In this document: one piece after another, positions 1-16,403 of the stretch | How the letters are laid out: the number at the start of each line of letters is the position of its first letter | Numbering within the stretch: the first letter of the stretch is position 1 | Assembly (NCBI GenBank): GCA_000004695.1 | Contig: CM000152.2 | Coordinates: 1,632,001-1,696,000 of the forward strand | Direction of reading: 5' to 3' | From: Dictyostelium discoideum | Lineage: Eukaryota | DNA: 64,000 nucleotides | Position numbers and translations under genes: made by a program | The notes under the pieces: generated by a model | What the model saw: only the letters and a program-made list of their open reading frames with translations | Told to the model about the DNA's origin: nothing | Database searches by the model: none

Positions 1-840
1 GGTATGATAGTCATTGAATTCACGTTTTAAATTTACAATAATTGAACTCCAATCAGGACGTGTTTCTTCATTGACAACGACTTTATAGAAATCTTGATAT
101 AGTTTACCTTGCGGATTTCGAGGTATGTTTGGAATTTCATCCAGGATATCATCGTTTTCGTGAAAAGTTCTAGAGAATAGAATGATGGTAATTGTATGAT
201 TCACTGATAAAGATTTCCAACGTTGAAATAGATTCTTTAGAAAGCCGTTTACAGCCTTTTCAAAGTACAATTCACCATCTGGACTATAGTCCCACATTTC
301 TTTACTCATCTGAATGAATAATACAAATTTAGCTGATCTTGAACGAAATACAAATTTCGTTGAATCATCTATTAACCCACTGCTAACCTTTTGACCATTC
401 GAAACCATCTCTTCAACTTGTGCTCTAATTTGTGCGAATGCCAATTTCTTCAATACGTACACACATTCGTTTTGAAGGTTGAGTTTTAATCTCCACATAT
501 CTGATCTACCAATATATTGATCCTTGAATGACAACTCTACGAAATCTATAATCGCTTGTTTCTCGGGTATTATATTAACTACCACCTCTTTTCTTAATGC
601 AAAATCAAATACACCCGCTACATATTTTGATATCGATATCTGTAATTTAGTTTTTAGTGGTGATAATTGTTTCACCCTTAAACATAATCTCTTACTTGGA
701 TTACTCGGTGAATATATCTTTAATACATCCATAATCTTTAATTTAGGAAAATATTCTGGATTTACTACTAATTCTTCTTTACTAAATTGTTGATCATGTA
801 CCCATAATATATAAACACCTTTTTTATTATTATTATTCAT
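1..840 (-). CDS. DEPDC5/Iml1 (GATOR1 subunit) orthologue; N-terminal part only, CDS runs off the window start
   Basis: The minus-strand ORF starts at ATG 840..838 and reads [43 protein letters not shown]...[23 protein letters not shown]...LFSRTF...[19 protein letters not shown]. This is collinear with the human DEPDC5 N-terminus (ELVVNPKVFP..., [37 protein letters not shown]...). The ORF track misses it because it has no stop inside the window. Confidence 0.8.
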   Translation of the reverse strand, partial: [280 protein letters not shown]

Positions 841-881
841 TTTTTTTATAAATAAAAAAAAAAACTATTTGTGTTGTATAT

Positions 882-912
<31 letters not shown>

Positions 913-1444
913 TTATATTTTTATTTATTTATTATTTAAAATATATATATTATATAATTTATAATATAAAATTATTAACTTAATATAATCTTAAGATATT
1001 AACATATAATTATATATATATATATATTATTTATTATTATTATTGTATAATAAAAAAAAAAAAATAAAAAAAAATAAATTAAAAGTTTTAAAGATTTTTT
1101 TTATTTTTTTTTATTTTTTTCATTTTTTTTTTTTATTTTTTTTTTTTTATTTTTTTTTTAATTATTTTTTTATTTTTTAAGTCGCCAATATCTCAAAGAA
1201 TTGTTTACATAAAAAAACAAAAAAATTTAAAAATAAAACAAAGAAATTTTAAAATATTAAGAAAAAAGAAAAAAAATAAATAAAAAATCCAAAAATAAAA
1301 AAATAGTTACCAAAATAGTTAACTTAATTTTTTTTTTTTTTTTTTGCAATTAATTATTTTGTTTATTTTTTTAAAAATATTTTTTTTTTTTTTTTTAAAC
1401 AATTTGTTTAGTTTTTTTTTTTTTTTTTTTTTTTTAAATTTGAA

Positions 1445-1768
1445 TTATTTAAGTTTAATTTTGGAGTACAAAAGAATGGAAATGAAAAAAATCATTGGAT
1501 AATTATACCATGGATCTGTCATTATTAGTTTAATTTGAACCCAAATAACTAAAATTAATAAAACTATAACCAATTTAAAAATAACTCCAGAATAATATAT
1601 TAAATGTTTTCCGAGTTCATTATATGTATCAATTGTAAGATTGCTAGAGGTTGACAACATATTTACATTTTCAATTGATGGTTGAAATTTGTCTATTAAA
1701 ATATCAGTAGCTTCTTCTAATCTCTTACTAATAAAAGATTTTGATGGTTTAGTATTTGAGGCACCCAT
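1445..1768 (-). CDS. Small tail-anchored membrane protein (MG start, C-terminal TM); hypothetical
   Basis: 107 aa ORF beginning MGASNTKPSKSF with one C-terminal hydrophobic segment (VIFKLVIVLLILVIWV). It is a paralogue of the neighbouring ORF 2323..2622. Confidence 0.45.
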   Translation of the reverse strand: MGASNTKPSKSFISKRLEEATDILIDKFQPSIENVNMLSTSSNLTIDTYNELGKHLIYYSGVIFKLVIVLLILVIWVQIKLIMTDPWYNYPMIFFISILLYSKIKLK

Positions 1769-2322
1769 TTTTTTATTATTTTAGAATATTTCTAATATTA
1801 AAGTTTAATTATTTTAAATTTTTTTTTTTTTTTTTATTTAAATATTTGATACCAAAAAAAAAAAAAAATAAATAATAAATAAATAAATAAAAACAAATAA
1901 AAGCTAATAAAAAAAAATATATTAAAATAAGGATTTAAAAAATTAAAAAATCACTTATTTTTTTAAAAATTTTTAATCACTTCACCAAATTTTTAAAAAA
2001 AAAAATTATTATTGTTATTAAATATTGATTATAGTTATAAATATTTTATTTGTATTATCCCAATTCAACAAAAAAAAAAAAAATTATATTATTTCCTTGG
2101 AGGAATTTCTGATATTTGTTAAATATATATATCTTTTTTTTTTCCTTCTTAAAATATTAAGTGTAATGATTTTTTTTAAATTTATTGAATAATAAATTAA
2201 ATTAAAATCATTGATGGAGTTGATATTATTTACAAATTTTTTTTTTTATTTTTTATTTTTTATTTTTTTTTATTTTTTTTTATTATAAATTTAGATATGT
2301 TTGTTTATTTTTTGAAATACTA

Positions 2323-2622
2323 TTAATTGGTTTTAATTTTGTTTGATGAAGTGAAAATTTCTTTAAGTTTACATAATATTGCTAAAATTATAAAAGCAAC
2401 TAATAAAGGCAATATAATGCTAGAGTATAGTTGTAGCTGTTCTCCAAATTCCTTATAAGGCTTTAATGTGGATTCAACGGTTCTACGTGATGAAATAGCT
2501 AATTCTTTATATAAATCAATAGCTTTATTTGAATTTATAATTGGTGGTTCAATTATTTCTGATAATTTTCTAAATTCATTAACAATATTATCAATATTTT
2601 TTCCAATATCCAAAATTCCCAT
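2323..2622 (-). CDS. Small tail-anchored membrane protein, paralogue of 1445..1768; hypothetical
   Basis: 99 aa, starts MGILDIGKN, with C-terminal TM IILPLLVAFIILAIL. The two ORFs share the motif [TP]Y[NK]E[LF]G[KE][HQ]L..YS..I..L before the TM segment. Confidence 0.45.
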   Translation of the reverse strand: MGILDIGKNIDNIVNEFRKLSEIIEPPIINSNKAIDLYKELAISSRRTVESTLKPYKEFGEQLQLYSSIILPLLVAFIILAILCKLKEIFTSSNKIKTN

Positions 2623-2764
2623 TTCAATTTTTTTGTTATTATTTATTTTTTATTTTTTTTTAATTTTATTTGTGAATTTATGACCAAACAAAATTTTTAA
2701 TAAAAAAAAAAAAAAAAAAATTAAAAAAAAAAAATTTAAGTTGATCTTCAATTGATTGATTTCT

Positions 2765-2796
<32 letters not shown>

Positions 2797-3135
2797 TTTA
2801 ATTTTAAAATAAATTTAATTTTTATTTTTTATTTTTTATTTTTAATTTTTTACATAGAAAACTTAATAAATATTATTTACACACACATAAAAATTATTTT
2901 CTAAAAAAACGACATGTTTCGCCACTTTTTTTTTATTTTTTATTTTTTTTTTTTATTTTTTATTTTTTATTTTTTATTTTTTTTTTTTATTTTTTATTTT
3001 TTATTTTAATTAAAAAAAGTGATGTTTGTTTTATTGTAACTAATTTCCTTCCCACCTTATACCGAATCATAAAACGTTTTGATATCATCACATTTAAAAA
3101 ATAAAAAAAAAATAAAAAAAATAAAAAAACATAAA

Positions 3136-3168
<33 letters not shown>

Positions 3169-3388
3169 AAAATTAAAAAACTAATTCTTTGTAATAATTT
3201 GTAAATAAATAAAAACAATAGATTACTGTACTAACAATAATATATAAATAAAGCTATAAAATTACCATAATATTTTTTTTAAAAAATAATAAAAAAAAAA
3301 AAATAATAATAATAAAATAATTATAATAAAATAATAATAATAAAAATAAATTAAATATATTATTATTTAATTTAAAAAAATTGAATAG

Positions 3389-3422
<34 letters not shown>

Positions 3423-3439
3423 AGAAATTTTTTTTAAAA

Positions 3440-3819
3440 ATGAGTTATCCAATTTATTCAGATAAATCAATTAGAAGAGGAGATAATGATGGATTAGGAG
3501 AAGATTATTATGAAAAAAATAAAGATGAAACATCATTCACAAGAACTCAATTATATCAACCAGTGATTCAACCATTACATTTCGATGAAGATGATTTAAA
3601 TATCATTGCAATGGCAAGTAATAATTTAACGACTCATGCACGTAAATCAAGTTTAGAATCACCAATACCGCCACCATTACATAATGATATTGGTTCAATT
3701 AAAAAGAGTATTAGTACAAATGGTAATTCATTCTCAACATTAAATAGGAATCAATCATCACATGAATATAAATCACCAGGTTTTTATAGAACGCGTAGTA
3801 TAAATGATACATTATCATC

Positions 3820-3853
<34 letters not shown>

Positions 3854-6559
3854 CCACCATTACAACCATTAACACCTGACCCAATAATTAATAGTGGTTC
3901 TGGATCATTGGGTAGATCGAATCAATTAAAGAAAACTAGTTTAATTTTAAATGATATACCAGAGAATTCAATATTGGAATCACCATTACCACCACCACCA
4001 CAATCTTCAAATTCATTTTCAACATCAAATATTATTACAACAAATAAAACGCCAACTAAAACACCCAAAACGCCAAAAACACCAAAAACACCAAAAGATT
4101 CTAAAAAAGCTACAACTACTATAACAACAACCACTTCTACAGCATCAATTGATAAAGATTTAGCAAATTTACATAATTTAGAAGATAAAAAACAATCATC
4201 ATTTAAAAAGAATTTTAGTTCATTTATAAATGAATTGAATGGTGATTCACCAATTGCTTTAGTTGTTGATAAAGATAAACCATTTCCAACAACAACATCA
4301 GTAACAACATCAACTATTACAACAACTACAAATGATGAAATTGAAAAAGATAAATTAAAAGAATCAAGAACAATTAAAAAACATCAATCATTAAAAAAAA
4401 ATATTGTACCACCATTAAATATTGATCCAACTACAGGTTTAATTCATGCAAGTAATAAATTATCAATATTAAATGATAAAGTTGGAGATACAGGACCAAT
4501 ACCAAATGTTGAACAACCATCAATGTTTTCAATTAAAGATACGACCAATATTTTCAATTATAAGAAACCAGTGATTTCATCGAGTACCAAAGAGTTTATA
4601 GTTTGTTTAAAGAGGGTATTAATTGATAAGGAAAAGATTATGGAAAGAAATGATCAATCTCTTAGAACCGTTATACATAAACTATTCTTTACAATTAAAA
4701 AGTTACACCAAGATGGTAGTTTAAATATCCTATTCGATGATTTAAGGTTAATAACAGAGATTATCATTAGATCAGGTTATTTCATTCAAATTTTTAGATC
4801 ATTTTTTAAATTAATTGACGAAGTTAAAACTTCGGAGGTTTTCTTTAGTTTTCTTTCAGAGTGTCGTCATATGGTGGATATTATCAATTTAATAATTAAA
4901 GCCGCTGGTCATGGTAATGAAACTCAAACTAGAAAAATGATTTACATTGAAGAGGATCATCGTAAAATTCTATTGAAACAAATTAAATATCTCATTCAAA
5001 TTCTATTACAAAATGAAGAGTTAATTTCATTGGTTCGTAATATTAGTAATTTAAAGAAACAGGTTGACATTGCAAAAGAGGAACAAAGAAAAGCATTTCC
5101 CTATGATTTAAAAGAGAATTTAAAGTATGCACCATTCACCAATGAATTCATATGTGCAGCTCAATCGATAGTTGGTGAAAAAGTTAATATACGTAATATC
5201 TTTGCAAATGTAAATCAAGCGATAACCTATATTGGTAGTAATAGAAATTATAAACGTGTTATTAAAGAGTTTTCAACCATCATTCGTAGAATCTATTCAA
5301 CTGAGGAATCAAATTTAACAATTGAACTTGAAACTCAAACTCGTCAAGCTATGGATAGATTGGAGATAATGATAATTGAAATTTGTTCTCTACCATCATT
5401 GGTTGAGGTTAGAGTACAATTAACATTATTAATCTCTTCATTTATGTCTGACCCAATCAATGAAAAGTTAATTCACGATATTAAAGATCTATTCAATAGT
5501 TTAAAATCTGATAAAATTGGTAAAAAGATTGATATAAACATTTTTAGAGAATTAAAACTATTGGTATTCCCATATCTTATTCATAATATTCACAAGATAT
5601 CAATACCAAATATCGTTGGTTTAAAAGAGAGTTCAAAGAAAAAGATTGAATATAGATTAGAGAATATTAATTTAATCCTAACTAAAATCGATCCAAATGA
5701 TTTAAAAATCAAATTAATTTCTTCGGTTGAAACTGCACCATTAGTATTGAAAGGTTGTATCAAATCGATTCTATCGATAGAGTTAACAAATATTCAATTT
5801 CGTTTGGATCAAGTAGAATGGTACTTTAAGAAATCATCTTTTCCAAAGATTAAAGACAATGGTTTGGTTAATATTTCAACTGGTGGTGATGGTGATGGTA
5901 AAGGTGGTCATGGTGGTGGTGTTGATATTAAATTGAAGCTATCTTTCTCTCCAAAGATATTGGATAGTAAACATTGTTTCCAAATTTTAAAATCCAAATG
6001 TAAAATCAATGATATTCATATCAATATACTCAATAGTAATCATAATGGTCTCTATAAAACCATCTATAAACTATTTAAGAAAAAGATAAAGAAATCAATC
6101 GAAGATGCAATCTCTGAACAAATTAAAATCAAAGTTATGGAATTGGATCAATATATCTATGATCTTTTCTTGGCAAATGATAAACCAACCGTAGATAAGA
6201 ATTCAATCAAAAAGTTAAATAAAATTAAACGTGAGAAAATTTTAGAAAGAATTGTAACAGAAATTCCAACTTCAATTAAATCATCACGTAGATTCTCATT
6301 ACTCTCTTTCAATTATCCAAATCCAAATGGTAGTAGTGATGATTCACCAACTAATGTCTCTGGAACTAATACTCCAAGATCAACCACTTCAAAAAGATCT
6401 TTAGATGATGAAATTGAAGAATTCATTCTAAAAGAACAACAACGTGAACGTTTAGAAGATGAAGATAATTTAAATAAAAATTCTTTAGGTTATGAATTTA
6501 AATATGAATATAATTCACCTGCACCATTTGCAAAAACTGCTTCAAATTTTCCAATAACA

Positions 6560-6593
<34 letters not shown>

Positions 6594-6700
6594 CTTCAAA
6601 TTCAAGTATTAATCCTCCTTCGCCTTCAGTTGAATCTCAACAAAGAAGATCTTCTCAACCTGATTTATATCAATATGAAAGAAGAAAACAAACTTTTTAA
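3440..6700 (+). CDS. Large hypothetical protein (1086 aa) with a low-complexity N-terminus and a conserved-looking C-terminal half
   Basis: Single long ORF. It has a polyQ tract, a PKTPKTPKTPKTPK repeat and T-rich tracts N-terminally, and a non-repetitive, amphipathic helix-rich C-terminal ~650 aa. No family recognised from memory. Confidence 0.6.
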
Positions 6701-6721
6701 AAATAAAAATAATAAGACTTG

Positions 6722-6752
<31 letters not shown>

Positions 6753-6887
6753 AATAAACCTTCATTGTATAGAAAAAATAAAAATAAAAAAAAAATAAAA
6801 ATAAAAATTAAATCTATCTTTTTTTTTTTTTTTTATTATTACTTGTTTTATTATTATTATTATTAAACGAAATCCTTTTTAATTATT

Positions 6888-10613
<3,726 letters not shown>

Positions 10614-10948
10614 TATTACTTAAAAAAAGAAAAAAAAGTAATATTATTATATGTTACTAATAAATTTAAATAAACAAAATAAAAAAAACAAAAAAAAAAA
10701 AAAAAAAAAAGAAAAAAATTAAAAAAAAAAAAAAAAAATTCACTTTTCTTGGAAATTTGATGATTTTTAAATTCTAAAAATAAATCTTAAAATTATTTTT
10801 TGAAATTTAGAAATGTTTAAATATGGTTTTTTTTTTTTTTTTTAGATAATTTTTTTTTTATTTTTTTTTTAAATTTTTTTTTTTTTATTTTTTTTTTTTT
10901 AAAATTATATATTTTTTAATTTGTTTTTTTTTTTTTTTTGTTTTAAAT

Positions 10949-13602
10949 TTAATTATTAACAACTAAAGAATTATTTTGTCTCTTTTTGTGAGATTTTTGT
11001 TGATTGCTATTGTGATGTTTTTTATTTTGATATTGTTGGTTACCTTGATTTTGATTTTGGTGGTGATGGTGATGATGTTGAGTGGTTTGTTGTTGTTGTT
11101 GATGATGTTGTTGTTGTTGTTGATTGTGGTGATGATGGCCGTGGTGTTGATGACCATGATGTTGGTGACCATGATGTTGACCACCAGCGATTGGTAAGTG
11201 ATCATTATCACCCTTCTTTCTGTAGGAGGTACCAAATTTAACATCGTAAATACGTTCATTTTGTTCGACAAAATCAACTAAAGATTCAGAGTAATGAAGA
11301 GCAAGATATTGGAGTTTAGTTTGTTCAGCACGGAAAGTGATTGATTCGGTAGAGTGTTCCATTGAGGCAGAGATTTCGTGATTATTCATCATTTTGGCGA
11401 CGATAGAGTGAACTTGACTCTTTGGTAAATGGAAACGATCGGCCAATTCACTGAGGAGGATACTATCGTAAGAAGTGGAATAAGTGAAGAGGAAAGTCTT
11501 TAAGGAGACCTCTTGAACGATACGAGTGAGTTTTTCACGAACACTGTCAATGTCTGGGATGAGGGACCAGAAACGAAGGGTGTTGACATGTTCGAGACAT
11601 TGTTGCCAGTCACCAGCGGATAAGGCTTTGCTAGCTTGATAGATGATATCTTTTGAGGTTTCGGATGGGGCAATAAAGATTTGACGATCGACACTATCCA
11701 TATGACGTTGATAGAATTTACAAGTTTTGAATTTGTTATCGAATGGACGATAGGCATTTTGTGGAACTGCGATTAACATACCAGAGATGAGATTAACGGT
11801 TTCAATCAAATCGATTGGAATCCACATATGAGCAGGAAGGATACGAGTGGTCTCTTCAACCTCTCTAACGGTATCTTTTTCAGCGGTTTTGCTTTGAACT
11901 GATAAACCTTGAGCCAAAAGATCCTTACGAAGACCAGAGAATTCGACGACACAATTTTGAGCCTCTTGAATGTAACCACAACGGAAAGCACAAAGACCCA
12001 ATTGAACCATAGCACGATTGAAAAGGATTTGAGTTGAAACATCCATGAGTGTTGGATTATCTTGGAGATGAGACATGAGCATCATATCACGAGCTTCATG
12101 GAATTTGTTATTGATGGCATTGAAGTAGATGTTACAAAGAATGGTACGAGCATTGAGACGTTCATCACCAAATTTATAGACAAAAGATGAGAGTTTACTC
12201 ATCAAGGTAATTTGCTCACTCAATGGCATTGTGCTTGGGATGATATTGTTTTTGAGATTACTTGATTTGTAGTAGATATGTTCGATACGACGAATGGCAA
12301 TCTTTGCGGCGGCGCCATTGTTACCTGCAGACTCGTAATACTTTTGAAGTGATTCACCCAAGTCTAAGATGATTTGTTCGTCTTGTAAACGATCTAAATA
12401 CTCTTTGGTTGGATAGTTGATTGATTGAAGTGACTTTGAGAATTCGTCATCCAACATTTCGAATAAAGCTAAAAGATTACCAGTTACTGCTACTTGACCC
12501 TTGCTGATGGTTGGTTCTTGGTGTTCGAGAACCAAGACAAAGTTGGTATTGGTCTCCAAGATCTCCAATAACTTTTTGATGCCATCGGCAACCTTTTGCC
12601 AAACTGGAATGGAGAGAGCAACCTTTACAGATGCAGTATCGAATTGAGCGGCAATCAATTCATAGAGTACAATAAAGGTCTCCTTATCGCCTTGGATTAA
12701 ACTGTAAAAATATTCAAGTTGTTGAATTTGTTTCATTGGGTCAGTCTTTAATTTACCTCTGTTGGAGATGACTTCTTTAACTTTCTTCATGATTTGGTCT
12801 TGAGTCAATTTCTCGCCTTCACCCTCACCGGCGGTTGGAACGGCACTGCCACTTCCACTGAGTGGTGAGACTACAGCATTTCTACGATCCAATTTATCCT
12901 TATCGGTCTTTCTCACGGTGGTAACTGAAGCTTTGGCTACAACCTTTTTATCGTCTTTAATCATCCATTTGTTATCGCCAGAGTCGTCATCACTGTCACT
13001 GTCAGAGTCGTCATCACTATCGGATGACCATGACTCTGAGATCAATTCTTCACTCTCTGATTCAGATTCTTCACTCTCTGACTCACTATCGTCATCACCT
13101 TTTTTGGTTAATGGTTTCTTTGCAACTACAGCTTTGGTGGCTGGTTTCTTACCAAATGCAGCTTTACCTTTACCTTTACCTTTATCATCATCTGATGATT
13201 CACTCTCTTCAGACTCAGATTCACTTAAATCGTCATCATCATCATCACTGTTGGCTTTGTTCTCTTGTTCATTCACCAATGCTGGATTATCATGATATGG
13301 TTTCAATTCCTTTGCATAGAGATCACATGTTTTCTTTAACTTTTGTTTGATTGAATTGTATGATTTATTATTATTTGCATGTAATTTCTTTTTTTGTTCT
13401 GTTGTTAAATCTCTATGACTTGTTTGAATAATAAATAATGCTTTAATAAATGATGGTGGGAAACCTTCTTTTTCAATAATTCTAGTTGTTTTACCATTTG
13501 TAATTAATTTTGTCATATTATCAAATTCTAAATATAATAAATAATAATAATAATAATAATAAAATATGTTAATATATTTTATGTGTGTTTGTGTGTGTTA
13601 AT

Positions 13603-13665
<63 letters not shown>

Positions 13666-13898
13666 CCTGAAGTAGTTGAAACCCAATCATTTGTTTTAAG
13701 AGCATTTCTAACTTTTTTTAAACTTTCATCAAATTGTTGCCAAATTTTATCTTTAGCTGATAAAACGATTCTTTTCTCTTCAATTTCATCTTCAGATGAT
13801 GAAACATAACGAGTTGGTTTTTTTACTTGAACATCTGAATCTGATGATGACTCTGATGATGATTCTGATGATGAACCTTGTCTATAAAAACGTGACAT
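10949..13898 (-). CDS. eif3C: Eukaryotic translation initiation factor 3 subunit C (eIF3c/NIP1), two exons
   Basis: Exon 1 is 13898..13667 (MSRFYRQGSSSESSS...LSAKDKIWQQFDESLKKVRNALKTNDWVSTTS), collinear with the human EIF3C N-terminus (MSRFF..GSDSES..VRSAKDKRFEEL). Donor GTAAAT at 13666; 140-nt (TTTA)n-rich intron; acceptor AG at 13529-13528. Exon 2 is 13527..10949 and carries the PCI domain (DMMLMSHLQDNPTLMDVSTQILFNRAMVQLGLCAFR; LKTFLFTYSTSYDSI), which matches human EIF3C closely. The tail is His/Gln-rich. Phase was checked (232-nt exon 1, phase 1). Confidence 0.85.
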
Positions 13899-14287
13899 TA
13901 TTTAATAGTATATAATGTGTGTGTGTGTGTGGTTTGGTGTGCTAAAAAAAAGTGCTGTTTCTTCTTTTTTTTCTCTTGTAATTTTAATTTATTATGTGAT
14001 GGGATTGATGAGGAAATAATTTAAATAATAATATTATAAAAAGTTGTTATGCTTAATTTGATATTATTAAAATAAATAAAAATTATATTTCTATGATATA
14101 ATTGATTATCACTCTATCTGTAATAAAAATAAAATTATAAAAAAAAGTGAAAAAAAAAAAAAAAAAAATTGAAGTGAAAAAAAATGAAAAAAAAAAAAAA
14201 ATTTTTTTTGCCGACATTATAATCGAAATTCATTTTTTTTTATTTTCATTTTTATTTTTATTTTTATTCTTTTTTTCTCTTTTTTTC

Positions 14288-14318
<31 letters not shown>

Positions 14319-14411
14319 ACTTTATTGATTTATTATTTATTATTATTATTATTATTATTTATTTGTTAAAAAAAATTAATTTTTTTTTTTTTTTTTTTTT
14401 TTTGTTTTTTT

Positions 14412-14449
<38 letters not shown>

Positions 14450-14735
14450 ACCAAAAATTGAAATTTAAAATTTTATTTTTAGAAATACTATATTTTTTAA
14501 TTTTAATTTTATTTTATTTTTTTTTTTATTTTTTTTCTTTTATAAAACATTCCTTTACCAAAATTTAATTAAATTTCCCAATTAAACTAATATTTTTCAA
14601 ATATTTTCTATTTTTTTTATATTTTTTTTTATATTTTTTTTTTTTTTTTATTGTCCAAAATTTGGGGTTGTGTTTTTTTTTATTTTTTTATTTTATTATT
14701 ATTTTGAATAAATTATTTTAATTTTTAAATTAATA

Positions 14736-15008
14736 ATGACAGATATAGAAATAAAAGAAAATGAAGAAAACATAACTATAATTAATATAGGTATTGAAAT
14801 TATAGTGAATGAAAGATCAAATGCATTATTCAACACATTAAAATCAAATATAGAATCATTTATAAAGCAACGACCAAATAAAGAGAATGAAATAATTCAA
14901 ACACTTTATTCATTGAACAATTCATTGGAAAGAGCAGTTAAATATTTCGATTATCCTGATAAATCAATTGATTATTATAAAATTATTTTATTAGGAATAT
15001 CTGATAAA

Positions 15009-15054
<46 letters not shown>

Positions 15055-16284
15055 GTAATAATACATTTCATATTAATTATCAAAATAAGGGTATTATACC
15101 TACGATACCAATTAAATTTCAAATAAATTATCAAACATTTATATATAAATTATCAACAGAACCACCACAAAGTGAATTATCTGATGATTTAGAAACTTCA
15201 CCACCCTATCAACAATTAGTTTTACCAAATAAATCAATTGAAACACTTTGGGAAAAGTATTTTTCATTCATCATCCCTAATTTTCATTTAATAAATTATT
15301 TTTACTAATTATTTATTATTATTAATAAAAAAAAAAAAAAAAAGTTTAATTTATGAAGATGGTTTAAAATCAAAATTATTATCATATATGTCAACATTAA
15401 TTGTAAGAACAAATTTATATTATTATAAATTTATATTATTATAAAACTATTAAAATTTTTTTTTTTATTTTTTTATTTTTTTTTTTTATTATTATTATTT
15501 TAGTTATTTTCAAAATTTAGAATAGATTCAAATATTGTATCAAATAATAAAGTAATATTTTTATATGGACCACCAGGTACAGGTAAAACAAGTTTAGCCA
15601 AAGCATTAGCGCAAAGAATATCGATTGTATATAGGGATAGATATCAATTTTCACAATTGATTGAAATTAATACTCATAGTTTATTTAGTAAATGGTTTTC
15701 AGAGAGTGGAAAATTAGTGATGAAAATGTTTGAGAATATAAAAGAGTTATTAGAGGACCAAAATTGTTTTGTAATGATATTAATTGACGAAGTTGAAAGT
15801 TTGGCAGCAGCAAGAAGTTCAGCAATTAACAATGGTACAGAACCAAGTGACTCGATTAGAGTGGTGAATGCATTTCTAACACAATTGGATCAACTAAAAC
15901 AATATTCAAATGTTTTAGTTGTTGCAACTTCAAATATAACGAAAGCGGTTGACCTCGCCTTCATTGATCGTGCCGATATTAAACAGTTTATTGGACCACC
16001 ACCAATCGATGCAAGAAAAATACATCTTTCAAACTATATTCACTGAATTATCAAATAAAGGTATACTAACATTAGATTATGAAACATTGGATACTCAATT
16101 AATATCATTATCAAATTCTACTGAAAACTATAGTGGTAGAGCCATTAGAAAATTACCAACCGTAGCATTATCATCTCATATTGCCTATACTCAATTTCCA
16201 ATTCATTCAAATAGATTCACTTGTATCTTATTAGATTTTATTGAAAAAAATAATTTATCAAATAATCAATTATTAAATGAATAA
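14736..16284 (+). CDS. TRIP13/PCH2 AAA+ ATPase orthologue, three exons, with an apparent 1-nt frameshift near 16041-16046
   Basis: Exons are 14736..15256, 15345..15402 and 15504..16284, with donors GTATTT at 15257 and GTAAGA at 15403, and acceptors AG at 15343-44 and 15502-03. The spliced product reads ...[96 protein letters not shown]..., near-collinear with human TRIP13 (LWDSLVYDVEVKSHLLDYVMTTLLFSDKNV...[23 protein letters not shown]...[24 protein letters not shown]). Walker [14 protein letters not shown] is present. After ...[18 protein letters not shown] the frame hits TGA at 16044-46. The conserved C-terminus ([15 protein letters not shown]...[12 protein letters not shown]...) continues in the +1 frame through to the TAA at 16282-84. 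Confidence 0.8.
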
Positions 16285-16336
16285 TAAATATTTATTATTT
16301 TTTAAAAATTTATATATATATTGTTTATTTTTTATA

Positions 16337-16377
<41 letters not shown>

Positions 16378-16403
16378 TATTTTTTATTTTTTTTTATTTT
16401 ATT

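Noticed and set aside
524-793. Plus-strand 89-aa ORF
   Set aside because: It lies antisense within the well-supported DEPDC5 coding region on the minus strand, and its sequence is low complexity.
14147-14413. ORFs composed of poly-K/poly-F (14147..14413, 46152..46349, 56162..56465, 51887..52069)
   Set aside because: They are translations of A/T homopolymer-rich intergenic DNA.
16088-16104. gtatactaacattag, which resembles a donor + branchpoint + acceptor
   Set aside because: 15 nt is far too short for a spliceosomal intron. Frame B reads through it with good TRIP13 homology.
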